Part shown: positions 21,201 through 34,235 of the stretch, piece by piece
Position numbering within the stretch: position 1 is the first letter of the stretch
How the letters are laid out: every line of letters starts with the position of its first letter
Source: Chlorokybus atmophyticus
Lineage: Eukaryota > Plantae > Mesostigma and Chlorokybus algae
NCBI GenBank assembly: GCA_009103225.1
Contig: RHPI01000193.1
Location: 1-64,000, forward strand
Direction of reading: 5' to 3'
Length of the DNA stretch: 64,000 nucleotides
Program-made: the position numbers and the translations under genes
Notes under the pieces: model-generated
Seen by the model: the letters and a program-made list of their open reading frames with translations, nothing else
Databases searched by the model: none
Told to the model about the DNA's origin: nothing

Positions 21201-22805
21201 TCGTTCCCACGGACTACCACGAAGCATTGTGAGCGATCGTGATCCCCGCTTCACAAATAAGGTTTAGGAGGCGCTGCATAGTGCACTGGGTACTACCTTA
21301 AAGTTTAGCACGGCTTTCCACCCGAAAATTGATGGCCAAACTGAGCGAGCCAACCGTGTGATTGAAGATATTGCGCAGCTGCGCTGCTACGTGAATGCAC
21401 GGCAAGACAATTGAGCGGGATTGCTGGAAGTGGTGGAATTTGCCATCAACAACCATACTAATGCAAGCACGGGTGTCACCCCCTTTCTCACGAACTACGG
21501 CCAACCACCCGCTGACACCGCTAACGGCGTGGACACGCGACGAAGTGACGTTGATGTGGAAGCAGCAAGCGATTTTCTTACAACGTGTGCGGACATCAGT
21601 AAGACAGCGAGAGAGGCGTTATTGGTGGCACAAAGTAGGCAAAAACAGTACGCAGACGCGCATCGCCAACATGTCACATTTCGAGAAGGCGACATGGTAT
21701 TGCTTTCTGTGAGGAACTTACAGGTGCGTGCTGAAGTTCACAAATCAAGTGCGTGCTGGCTTGGGCCATTTCAAGTCATCAAAGTGGTTTCAAACGTGGC
21801 GTACAAGTTGCAACTGCATGACTCCATGCACATCCACCCTGTCTTTCACATATCCCTTCGGAAGTCATATCGAGGAGAGCCACCATTGCGTCCACCGCCT
21901 GAGTTAGCTACAAGAGTAAATATGGAATATGGAATACGAAGTGGAGGACATATTGGGTGAGATAACGGTGCACGACGTGCGCAAACATTTGGTGAAATGG
22001 AACGGCTACCGGATGCATGAAGCCACTTGGGAACTGGAGGAGCACTTGGCAAATGCACAACATATGATGCAACAATATTTGCAACAACGACCAGAGAATT
22101 CTCAAGAGCTTTGAGGACGAAGCTCACGTAGGGGGGGAGGAGTGTAATAGTCGAGGCCAAGTTTTATGATTTCAGGACCTTATTTGGCCCATATATCGAT
22201 CACCACGTTTTCATGACTTGTGGCATCGGCGAGTTATGAGTCTGCCGTAAATATCGACCGGGGCCCCAGGACCAGTTTGGAAGGTGCCAGCAAACGGAGG
22301 GCCAGTCGAGAACGGCTCGACCAGATCTCTGGAAGGGCCTGGCGCCAAGTAGTATAACTTGACCATATGAGCACCTAATCAGGAGATCTTTGGTGCGTAA
22401 AGGTCTAGAAGTATACTACAAGGTTCCATAATAACATCTTAGCATCTGATTTTGTGTAGCACGGGAATCGTCTAGGCAGTAGCATGTGCATACTAGTAGG
22501 TATAAAAGCGACATTCTACAATGTGCAATACAATCTTTAGCTCCCTAGCTTCTTGTGTGCAAGCTTGGTGGTGGTTAGCTGGGGTTGCTAGCGTGTGTCC
22601 ACTGGTGTGTGCTTGCTTGTGTGACGATCCAAGGCGCTACACAAGTTGGTGTGTAGCTTCGAGGGCATGCGCGTGCGTACGCGAGTGGCGGAGCGCGCGT
22701 GTGTGCTTGGCAGAGGGGGCAAGGTTCCGGTGTGAATACCGTGTCTTAGTGAGAGGGTTGATGATTGGACCAACTCACAGGTGACAAGGCACGAGCACCG
22801 TCACA
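18274..22805 (+). mobile_element. Degenerate chromovirus (gag knuckle, protease, RT, RNase H, integrase, chromodomain, PPT, 3' LTR 22143-22805)
   Basis: CYVCGLTEHLAFNC; MVDSGANSNF; MCIDYRAL, YLNDILVYS; LACDASD; WEQVTMDFITGLP; EYEVEDILG...VKWNGY; PPT 22130-22142; many stops and frameshifts. Confidence 0.9.
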
Positions 22806-23519
22806 TGGGCGCTCGCTACATCGCTACATCGCGACAAGTGCGTCAACAAAAGCGCTATGAGCTTGATGTTTGTGCTTGTGCGGTTGTGTGTAGCTGAGTA
22901 CGGCTGACTCACACACACGCACCATCATACTCGCTCGCACATGCACACTTGCGCACAAAGCACGCACACGAACATACCCACATTCATGCACGTGGTTGCA
23001 GGCACAGGTCATGACGGTGGTAAAAGGTACTTCAATGCTTTCGATAAAGGCGTCATAGAAGCCTTACCCACACCTCGACAATAGCAAGCTCTGATGCGAC
23101 GGAATCTTCACAGTGGTCAGAGTGCACTAGACTTCTCGAACATGATAAGTGAGGTCAACCACCTCCACTTTGTCCGGGCACACAAGTTGTACCTTCAGGT
23201 GCATGGAGTTTGCATGCATGTGGCATTTGCAAGCGGTGGTTGAGATGCGTGCTCAACCATGTGCAGGCCTGTCAAGCCGCCAGAGGGTTGAAGGACAATG
23301 CCACCGTGTGCATTGCTGGCGCACAGTCCCGATTGTAGAATTTCTTTAGTCCGGCTGCTTCCCGAGCAAGCACCAATGTACAACCGGTACACGCAATCAG
23401 CAAAGGTCCATGTAACCAGCCTTTTGACTAAAGCTCTATCTATTGCCGGCATCGCCTCCCTAGTGTAAGAGCAAGTGTCACCATAACGCAGCTGCGCGCT
23501 CACAAGCGTGCGCACATGA

Positions 23520-24480
23520 TCACGGTGGATGCGCATGCGTGCGTGCGCGCGTGCATGCATGCGTACGTGTGTGCGTACATCTGGTTGCATGTTGGCTTGC
23601 ATATGTGTGCATACGCATCAGTCCAACTTGGTTCAAGCCTCTCTATCTAACGCCCCCTCCCCCCCTACTTCTCGTGCGCGCACATGCGTGCGTACGTGCG
23701 TGTGTGTGCGCACAGCTGCCTGCATGTGTGCATGTACGCATCAGTCCATATTCGTTCAAGCCTCTCTTTGTATGCCCCTCCNNNNNNNNNNNNNNNNNNN
23801 NNNNNNNNNNNNNNNNNNNNNNNNNNNNNNNNNNNNNNNNNNNNNNNNNNNNNNNNNNNNNNNNNNNNNNNNNNNNNNNNNNNNNNNNNNNNNNNNNNNN
23901 NNNNNNNNNNNNNNNNNNNNNNNNNNNNNNNNNNNNNNNNNNNNNNNNNNNNNNNNNNNNNNNNNNNNNNNNNNNNNNNNNNNNNNNNNNNNNNNNNNNN
24001 NNNNNNNNNNNNNNNNNNNNNNNNNNNNNNNNNNNNNNNNNNNNNNNNNNNNNNNNNNNNNNNNNNNNNNNNNNNNNNNNNNNNNNNNNNNNNNNNNNNN
24101 NNNNNNNNNNNNNNNNNNNNNNNNNNNNNNNNNNNNNNNNNNNNNNNNNNNNNNNNNNNNNNNNNNNNNNNNNNNNNNNNNNNNNNNNNNNNNNNNNNNN
24201 NNNNNNNNNNNNNNNNNNNNNNNNNNNNNNNNNNNNNNNNNNNNNNNNNNNNNNNNNNNNNNNNNNNNNNNNNNNNNNNNNNNNNNNNNNNNNNNNNNNN
24301 NNNNNNNNNNNNNNNNNNNNNNNNNNNNNNNNTCCCCCCCCTCCTCGTGCGTGCGCAGGTGTGAACAATGCTTAGCTGCATATGCACGTCCGATGCGTAT
24401 GCATACGTGTGCGTGCAGCTCTGTGCATGTGCGTGAGCATGTGCGTGCGCTGCCTTTGCAGCTGTGCTCTCTGTGCGCGC
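23520..24480. repeat. CA/GT-rich region with ~120-bp tandem units and assembly gap (N 23782-24332)
   Basis: TACGCATCAGTCCA...GTTCAAGCCTCTCT occurs at about 23612 and 23735; C-runs flank the gap. Confidence 0.6.
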
Positions 24481-24619
24481 GCACACTTTGTGTGCTAAAG
24501 ACTACCTTGCATCATGGTGCAGGACGGGAGGACGGTAGCAGAGTTTGGGGCCTTCGATCTGCACACAAGCTGATGGCTCAACACCCAGCTTGAGCTGGCT
24601 CGCGACATGTACAATGCTG

Positions 24620-25223
24620 AAGCTGCAACGTGAGCTCAGTGGCAAGAAAATCGCATGGCAAGCATCACCGGGCGCTTTCTGAAAGCGGATCACACATTCA
24701 GAGTGTGCAAGATGGTCAGCAAAGCCCGGGTAAGCACCACGCACGTATTGCACACAAACAGTTTGCAACGCCACTTGCATACTTGTTGATTCTCTGCCTG
24801 GCAGTTTATGTGCAAGTCATCCCTGCAATGGTTGCCTCGCAGGATGGCACCACAATATATACGGCGCTCTTCATTGTGATGAATGAGCATACAGAGGTTA
24901 CCGGCTATTGGTTTGTTACAAGCATCAGTGTGAAGGAGCACCACTTAATCGACATGCATGCCTGGTTCACGCGCTTGCAGGTGCGCAAGTGCCGCCAAGC
25001 TAGTCACGCATGGTGACTACACTTAGGCAGGCGTGTGAGACACCAGCAAGAAACATTGCACATGCTTGCAGGAGGAGCCAGTGGGTATCTACGTCGACAA
25101 CACGCAAGCGATGAACACGGCTGTTGCACAGAATTTTCCCTTCACTAGAATGGGTGAAGGAGGACGTGCGGCATGTCATGGACCGCATCGCACGTGTCAT
25201 TCCGCTGGGACACTCGGAACGCG

Positions 25224-25274
<51 letters not shown>

Positions 25275-26494
25275 NTTAGGGTTAGGGTTAGGGTTAGGGT
25301 TAGGGTTAGGGTTAGGGTTAGGGTTAGGGTTAGGGTTAGGGTTAGGGTTAGGGTTAGGGTTAGGGTTAGGGTTAGGGTTAGGGTTAGGGTTAGGGTTAGG
25401 GGCACCGGCGTGCAACACAGCATGTGCAGCGCCAAGCACACAGAGCATCGCTGAAGCTGCAGGTACGACTTCTTGTACAAACTCTACAGTAATGGTACTA
25501 GATATACTCATGCAATGCGCACGCTATCGCATGCGCGCCCGACGTGTGTGCATGCTGGCGCGCCTGCCCATGTCTATTTCTCCATGTATACGTGTGCACT
25601 CGCTCATCTGTTGCTGCTGTTTAATCCGCATTTTGTTATCAGTCAGTGTGCAGGCGTGCACCACCGCGCGTGCAGAGCTGAACACGCAGAGCATGGCCGC
25701 AGCTGCAGGTACAACGACTCTTACAAGTTCTGCCTATGTCCATTATCATCTGCTTGTCTCCCTTCCTTACATACCTGCACAGCAGTGCCTGCACTCGCAC
25801 CAGCGCCGGCCTCCGTGGCGAGGGTAGTACCAGCACCCTCAACGACTTCAATGCCAATGACGATACCAGCACGCGCAGCTACGCAAGACCATGTATCAAC
25901 AACGGATTAGCAACCCGTGCAGGTGTGTGGTTGCAGGCGAAGGGTTGCCAAAGCGCTTGCACATCACGCCACAACTTGCTGTTGTTGCGTGATGTACGAG
26001 TGAAGTGAATGGCTCGCAGCTCAGCGCTCACGGCCTTGCCACCACCGACTATGACGGACACCGAGCGAAAGCTCTTCCTGTTGGTGTACTCGGCACATAC
26101 CCATAACACCACCACGAGATGGCGCAGATTGACATGGCATTGGAATTGCTGTGCTAGTGATGCCATGCAGCTGCAGCAGCAAACTAGTGTACATGCGCAG
26201 ATACAACCCATGCTGCGCACGCAGTTGCGAAAATATGAGAAGAAACTGATTCGCCTGCAAGCGATGCAGGACTCCTCTGAGTTGTTAACTCGTGTCGATG
26301 CCGTTGCGCAGCAGCAATGCTCGGCGGGTGCAAGGACAGCAACTGCTAGCCATGCCTCACCACCAGGAGACAATGAGCATGAGCACTCTGCTAAGCACAA
26401 CCTGTGGCAGGCCGGGAGAAAAGCGTTTTTGCAAGAGATGTCGCGAGAAGTTTGGAATTGGAGTGTTGCCGGTGGATTGCCGTTGTCTCAATAA
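24620..26494 (+). pseudogene. Intron-containing MULE-like DDE transposase relic (DUF6729-associated type)
   Basis: Exonic motifs GRFLKADHTFRVCK, LFIVMNEHTEVTGYWF, GIYVDN...(frameshift)...VKEDVRHVMDRIA; C-terminal TDTERKLF...WNCC...IQPMLRTQLRKYEK. Confidence 0.55.
25229..25401 (+). repeat. (TC)23 microsatellite, single N, interstitial telomeric (TTAGGG)21
   Basis: Directly read: TC tract 25229-25274, N 25275, TTAGGG tract 25276-25401. Confidence 0.95.
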
Positions 26495-28870
26495 GACGAA
26501 GCGTGGGAATAGGCTTGAAGCGGTGGCTGATGTGAAGTAGTAGCGGGTGAAGGGTCGTATGGTAAAGCGAAGCTGTGCATGACTTTTGTGAATTGGACGC
26601 GCACTTGTCTTGTGTTGTAATCGTTCATCACCGTTATGGTAGTGCAGCAGTGAACGAGCGTCCATGCAGCATGTATGCTTAGTGTTAGTACTTGTTGTGA
26701 CATATGTGTCTCGCACGCATACATTCATGGAAGATGTGCAGCAGTTTTAGGAGGATGCAATAATTAGTATAAGCATATAACAATATTAGGTGCGGTTGGC
26801 AATGTGCAATATTGCACCATAATAGTACAACACCCGTATTGCCATGCAAAGCTATATGTTAAGTTGAGTTGTTGTAACTAATCGCATACATGGTAGACAT
26901 CATACATGGTAGACATCATACCGTATCGAGTCAATGGTAAGCCATAGTTCAAAGCAATATGCTATGATCGTTGACAATGCCATTACAATGTGTGTAACAA
27001 TATAGTTGTGCAAGTTAGCATGGAACAAACATACACTTGCTCAAGACTTGTTGTATTGCACAAACGACCATATGATTAATATAATCGCACATTTGCACAT
27101 GACATATTGCATTTGCAATACGAATGTACACCCTGTACATTCGTAATTGTGTTAATTTTCTCATTGCATTTGTACTGAGTCTGATTGCCGTTTACTGTGT
27201 ATGTACATTATGCACAAAGCCATGGGACATACCACCCACCCACCACCACCACCACACACATACGCGCGCGCGTATATACATGTATGTTTTATATAATTAA
27301 TGTATGTATATGTAAACGCACTTGGGTATGATTATGTGTGCCCATATCGCGGTCTAATTGTTGGCTCTATACACATACATGGCAAACACCGTAACTTTAA
27401 TACCTGCATAGTGCGCAATTATTATTATATCAAGCTACATTTTATACATCACTACATGTTGCATCACATTCATAACATTATTACATTCATGACATTACTA
27501 TCATTGTCGAACTATTATGATACAATACAAATAATGCATGCACTCACCTAACATGCTATGCAGAGAACTGAATATTCCTTGCCCCCATGCGCGCGAAGCG
27601 CTAAATTCTTCAGTTGAACTAGTCTGCGTTATAATTAGTATGAACTTAGATCATGTAAATATATCCATCTGTGAATCCTCGCTGCCTCATTGTCGGCTTC
27701 CCCATCTGTTCGGGTATTTCCTCAATTGTGGCCACCGCGGATTTTGGGGAATATCGCCAAAGCGTAACCCAAGTATTAATTAATACGTAAAGAGTATGCG
27801 TTAACGGCGAAGTTAACCGAGCAGGTGACGTCACTGGACCGAACCTACTGCAAAGGGCGGTGATACGATAGCCGCCCTAGGATCCAACATGTACAATGAT
27901 CAGCGTACAGCACCATGAAATGCTTGTGCACTTCCGGTTCTTCCCCCTTTTTCCCTCCCCTATATACGGGGTTTGCCATAATTTGCCGTACCCGTTTGAT
28001 TGGTACCGTCGTACGCCTACACCTCAGCACCTCACGTTTTCAACTGTCCAGGCGCCTTCAAGGCGCATCAGCATGCCGAGCTAGGTGGGTAGGCCTGGTA
28101 GGCGTACACTGGTGCATGTACACGGCGCGAAGAACACTGCTGCCTTTACTTCACGCTTGCGCTCGCAGGATAGGACACAGCATTACCGTGAAGGACAGAG
28201 GATCTAGCCGAGCTGCACGGCAATTTGCCGTAGTATGTACCTGCAACTGTACGATGACGGGTATCAGCACAGATGCCCAGGTAACTCACGAGCGACTTGG
28301 AGGTACGCTGTACAGTGTCGCGCCAAGGACAGCATGGCGGTAGTCCTCGGGTTTGGAGACCGGAGCAGGTTGCTCGTGCGCCACACAAAGGTGTCAGCTG
28401 ATAGCAACCTGGATACTTGTGTTTATCCAAACCTATATGCACTTTGCATGTACCCCTATGTGTAAGAGTTTCGCACCAGCAAGAAAGTGCGCTACTGTAT
28501 GTTGCTTGCAAGTTTTCATCCAAGTAACGAAACAAGTTCATCGAGCTATGCTGCAAGCCTTGCAGTGCAAGGCCTAGGCCTACTGCACCGAGAACATGCC
28601 ACTCACTGCATGTGCATGGAAACCGGAAGGACTGTGGATGTCGAGCGATTCCTCTAAGGCAGTACCGACAGTGGCATGTTTCAACTATGTTTTGTGGCAA
28701 CGAAGAGATTCGTCGTTTGCGCCGGAGGCGCCGCGAAGACGCGTTGCCGGACCTATCGCGCATATCAAGTGACATTCCCCATCGCCACACCCCATTCGCC
28801 AGCGGGTTGGTGAAGTGACACAAGTGTCGGCGTGCCGGCGCAGGCGGCGACGTCGCTGTGGCTGTTCACC

Positions 28871-31834
28871 ATGGCGCCGCCTCCATGGCTGTCGTCGGTG
28901 TCGGTGTCGTCCCCACGGGTCTCCATGCTTCTCTGCTTGCTGCTGCTCTTGGCGATCTGCGTCCCCTGCCCCGCCGCGGCGCAGCTCAACACCGCACCCT
29001 GGCCGGACGCCAGCGGCTACACGGACGTAAGAGCGGCTGCTGCTGCTGTGTCGTGTTGGCGTTGTTTGCCTTGCCTACACCAGCGATGCATGGCCTTGTA
29101 CGAATACACGAGATGTTGAGACTGACTGACGATGCAGCACAAGCTCACCTTCTTGCATGCTCGTGCGTGAGTATGCATGTGTTGTTGTCGGTTTGCCGAC
29201 ACCAATGGCAACAGCCGTCCATGGCCACGATGGGCATCCGTGATCATCGATGCTGCATACATGCGTAGCTTCGCTGCGTGGACCAACAGCCATCCATGGC
29301 CATGCTGAACCAGTGGTAGATGTTGCATGTATGCGCTGCATCCCTGCCTGCCTGCACGTGCTGGGTCATGCAGTGTTCCCGTGCATATGAGCTTGCACTG
29401 GCAGAAAAACCGCACGGGTGAGTCTTCTGAGACCTGTGTGACAAATACCACAGGTATCGGAGAAGCAAGCAGTCTGGATCAGGGAGAGCGACGGGTGCGA
29501 TGCTGTGATCGGTCGCTTCTCATTTACGCAACCGGGGCAGGTGTTTCAGAACCCGAACTTTGCGCCGTTCAACGCAACCGGTTCCCAGACCTACTACTGC
29601 ACCCAACCATGGCAGGGCGTCGGGCTTGAGGCCAGCTTCCAAACCAGGGACTTTATACCCTTCGATGGCGTCGTCGGCGTCTGGATTGGAGGTAACTCAC
29701 GAGTGTATGCGTGTGTGTGTCAATTCAATGCCCAACCAGTACGTGACCATGCTGTCATACGCACATGTATTTTGTATGTGTGTGCTGCGCGCACGTGTCC
29801 ATGCAGTCTCATGCGCGTGTGCGACACACAAATGAGCGCTTGGATGCCGCCATGGACAGCACTCTTCTCCACTCGCCGACAGGTGTGGAGATCATGCGGG
29901 GGTTTTTCCCAAAGGGCAATTACTCCACAGGAGACGGTTCTGAGACCAGAGCCGTGCGGTGGAGTATCGATAGAAGCGTCACGCAGGTCAGAAGCTCCCG
30001 CTCACTTTGCTTTTCTGCACAAACTTTGCGGCGCTCGTATGTACAACCTTTTCAACATGACATGACAACCAGCCCCAAAACAGCACCTTTCCCTTACACA
30101 CGTTATTCCGCGCAGTTCTACTCGCAAATGCTCTCGAAGCAGACAGTCAAGGTCTGCGTGGTGTACGACAACTCGAAGAACGTGTACGCTCCCGTCCTCA
30201 ATGCCACCTTCACCCTGCGCTACTACACAACTATAGAAGAGGGTGATGTGCCGGCAACCTATGCGCCCGTTGTCCGTCCCATAAGTAGAGGCAAGTGGGT
30301 TCGGTCAGTGACAGCACGTTGTTAGTGCTGCATGTGAACCACGCGCTTAGAGGCTTATGCGTGGTGAGCAGGTGCAGCAAGTGTGGCACCTTGGTTCACG
30401 CTGTCGCAGGGCAGCACAGGCAGCACCACCCTCACACTGCCCCGCAACATTGTGTCGGCAAGCATTGAGGTGAGGAGCCATGCGCTTTGCTAGACTGTGC
30501 AGTCGTTGTACATACCCACCTTGCACTTGTACATGTTTCGTCAACCATCATGCTCGTCCCCTGATCCAGGTGATTGGTTCCAAATCACCGTTAGCTCCGA
30601 CCGCCGATGCCACCTTAGGCAGGGACAAGCAGGTGCAGGTGCTCGTGGACGGCGTCACGGCGGGGTTCGCGTACGTCAACTTTATCGAGGAGGACCGCCT
30701 GCACGAGCCCCTGCCCCTTAGCTACAGCGTGGACATCACTCCGTTGGTTGGACACCTCGTGGACGGCCGCCCGCACACCTTTGCATTTAGAAACCCCCAG
30801 CAGAAGGTACGCGAGGACAAGTGACTGCGAGTGTGAAAGTGTAAGTATGAGGCGCGTGTGCCCGCAAGTGCACACGCACATACGCACATGCGCTTGTGTA
30901 CCTGTGCATCTAATGTGTGCCGCTCATTTCTTATATGCGCTGCTACTCTGGTATGGTAGGTTCTGCTGCTTGCTGGGAACTTGTTCATATATGTCGACCG
31001 CCACGCAACCACAACATCTGGCACGCTGCTGGAGTCGTCCGCGAGCGGCCCCTTTCAGCTCGTTACCACCCACCCCCCGGACTGTAACAACGGATACGGG
31101 AGCTGCAGCGATTCGACAGCCAACTCCAGCGTTACACTCCGGGGAACCGTCAGAGTACGCATTGATAGTAGCAAGCCTTGGTTGTCATACATTACACGTG
31201 TTGCTCGTTTGCCATTCCAACAACTCCTGCTCCCGTTTTCGCTTTCAGTCCTCGGCAGGACTGGAGTACTTCAACGTGACGCAGGTTGCCACCCTGGTTC
31301 AAAACCAATCATCCGACTTTGAGTATGACTGTGACTCGAGTGACATCAACCTGCGCATCGTCCAGGTATGACTGTTCAACCCTTTCGTTTCTTGGGAATG
31401 TTTACAAATAGACAACCATGAACCAGGTGGTGTCTCGCGGCAACACGCCGACGCGTAGCACGAGCGCCGTGCGTCAGGAGCATGTGTTTGCCACCAACTA
31501 CCGCAGCTGCAGTGACATGCCCTGCTCATACAACGGCGTGGCGGAGGATTACTACAGCTACAGGCGCACCCAGCAGGGGGCGCTGCTGCGATTGCAGTAC
31601 CGCGCCACGCATGCCTCGCACAGCGATGTTGGACGCGGCTATTCCCCACAGTACTACGGGACCCCGTGCGATTACTCCGAAGAGAACACCTCACAGTTTG
31701 TGTTTGCGGATTTCTCAGCCGCGCGCTGCTTCACGTACAACACCACGGATACTATCAGTACCCACGACGGCACCTCCACTTTAAGCGAGGACTCTGCCAA
31801 GTACACAACACGCCAGTGCCCGACGGCAGTTTGA
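28871..31834 (+). CDS. Multi-exon secreted peptide-N-glycosidase A (PNGase A)-like gene
   Basis: Signal peptide (LLCLLLLLAICVPCPAAA). Exons with VGVWIGGVEIMRG, RWSIDRSVTQ, VLNATFTLRYY, QVLVDGVTAG, SYSVDITPLVGHLVDGRPHTFAF and LAGNLFIYVD are colinear with plant/fungal PNGase A. GT/GC-AG introns; exon limits approximate. Confidence 0.62.
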
Positions 31835-32939
31835 ATGAACGCATTTGTCTAGTTTTCAGTTGTGCTACATGTAGGTATGTGGTTGTGTGGCCATCTGCCA
31901 AATGTGTTGGCAACAAAATATCAGTGCACAACGCTGGCTTGGTGTGCGCATTTATTCATGTCGCAGCAGTGATCACACCCAAGCTTGTTGGCCACCCTAA
32001 CCCAGCACTAGTTGCTTGTAGAGGCTCGAAGCACGCCTACCACGTCAAATCTGGTGATGATTTCCATTTCAAGCTACAGTTTCACGATCCGTACGCACCC
32101 ATAGAGAGTTTCAAGCATGGACATGCAGGTGCTGTGTGTTGCACTGTGGTAATTGTTGCCTCAGTATGACATGCTGGAAGTGCGCTGTGTTTCCAGAGGG
32201 GTAGTTGCCAGTAGTGCAAGATGTAGGAGCATATGCGATTAGGCTAGCGGTATGCAAGGTGCAAGGTGTGATTGTTGCATGAAGTGAAAAACAATACGCG
32301 CTGCAACAACATGCTACACGTATGCGCAGCGGTGCTTAGCACATGTGTAGCATAGAGCCACTACAACACACTCACATTATACCACTAAAGCACGCGTGTG
32401 TTCTAGTGTCCGTGACAAGAGGCGCATGCATTTCCGTATACACCGACATCAATCGTGCATTGCTGACTGTGTTACATATACATGTGTATTACCGTAACAG
32501 TGTACAGTCAGCAATGCACGCATGAACGTACACAGAGTGTAGTACACTACTGTACACGTTTACAATCCTGACCGTAAGCACCACAATAGGTATTGGTTGG
32601 TGCACACCTATTCAAAACTTACCTCCAAACCTAGCCATCACGTATATGGCCTACAGCTCAACTGAGGAGTCAAGTACCTGCAACATGGTGCTTGGGAAGG
32701 TGAGCAGTAGTTACGTGCACAAGCATATGCGCACACAGACACGGATATGCACACGCACGTCTCAAGTTGATCAACCACTTGCACCATGACTGTATGTAGC
32801 ATCGATTGCTATTCAAGTTCGCCATGGTTGTTGCAGTCAGTAGAGGTATCTAGTGTTAGCGACATGCACCCTTCATTAAAACAACAAAACAACTTCATGC
32901 TGCAAGTTCCCCCCTAATATGCCTTTCCCAAACATCAAT

Positions 32940-33320
32940 TACCAATAGGTAGTACTGTTTCATAGCAACCGGATTGTCTGCACGAGCATACAAGCAAGGG
33001 CCGCAACATGACGAGAAGATGGGAGTCATATTTCTCACCTCTTGTAGGTAGGGTGGGGTTGCCAGGCAGCGATCAACATGGTTTCAGCCCGAGTAGTCGG
33101 TTGTGGTCAACCCTGTTGTCCTTATTGTGTGTGATGTAGTCCATGACAACAGTGCATGTGCTTCCGCAGATGTGAGTGTGGCGGCAGCTCCTCCTTCATG
33201 ACGGACCTGCCCGTCTTCGGAGTGGTACCTATGCGGGGAGAAGAAGGGGGAAGGCAGTGTGTGTAGTCGTACGGGTATGAGGGTTCGTGTGTGCACGGGC
33301 ACCAACACTTGCGGCACTTA
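32940..33320 (-). pseudogene. Protein-like fragment of unknown (probably TE-derived) family
   Basis: GQVRHEGG...LTSAEAHALLSWTT and LPGNPTLPTRGEKYDSHLLVMLRPLL read as conserved coding sequence, but the family was not recognised. Confidence 0.3.
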
Positions 33321-34235
33321 CATCCCAACATATGGATGAATGCACATGCTCGTCTCACTCGCGCACGTGGTTAACAGGTGAGCGTAGGAAGGGGCTCATG
33401 GCGTGCATTGCGCGTGTGTGGAGACCATACTATGGACGCCATCGGTGACCGATTGAGGTTGCATGTTTCAGTATGCAGCAATGACATTGTTCGGCACATC
33501 TGTCAACACCACTACTCACACACAAAATAGCGTGACTGTAACTACGTGACGAGCAACGTACTCTCATGTACCTTGCAGCAATGCGCAAGCCGGTCCCAGC
33601 CCTCCGGCTTGGTCATTCAACGCCGTATGAGTGTGTGCACACGTGCGTGTTTGCCTGTGCGCAGGTGTGTGTGCGTGCATATATGTGCCTCCATGGCCAT
33701 TTGCCGCACATGCGCCATGCGTGTAGGTGTGCGCCGAAGCGCACACCTACACGCACACGCACCCCTCCCCTCCTCCCTCGAATCTATAGGTCTTTGCACT
33801 ATGAAGAGGTCGGCGGTGATGCTCTCAAGATAGGAGTAGATGTATATTGCACGCGCACTATTGCAAATCGGTTTGCACATGTAGTCTGCGCACTTCTCAG
33901 GCTTTCGTTGGCTACTCGCTCTGTCACACATACACAATTCCGCACTCGCATACAAGGCCACTACACCAACGCACATGCGCGAATGTAAGCACATACACTT
34001 AGGAGGAGAGTGCGCGCGCATTCACACTCGCAGAGTGTGTGTGGTAACACACTGTTGTTCGATAAGCGTCATGCATGCACAAATGCTGGAGAGAAGAGTG
34101 CACCCGCATAAACAAGCACTCGCTGCCTGCATTGGCTATTCAATATCATGTACGCTTACAAACTCTTCTTCGCTTACACAAACACGCATGTGGATCTGCA
34201 TTCACTTAATCACAGTGTGTTTTTGCAGGAGGGGG

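Noticed and set aside
22806-22820. PBS after the 22143-22805 LTR (TGGGCGCTCG), implying a tandem element
   Set aside because: No gag follows and no tRNA or self-priming complement was identified; likely flanking DNA.
23529-24593. Long ORFs of 226-354 aa
   Set aside because: Artefacts of translating through the N gap.
1-25401. 25-kb mini-chromosome capped by telomeres at both ends
   Set aside because: The TTAGGG tract is contiguous with downstream sequence and separated from upstream sequence by an N; it is better treated as interstitial until reads say otherwise.
25145-25511. ORFs with LT/PN/RV/ER repeats
   Set aside because: Translations of the telomeric and TC repeats.
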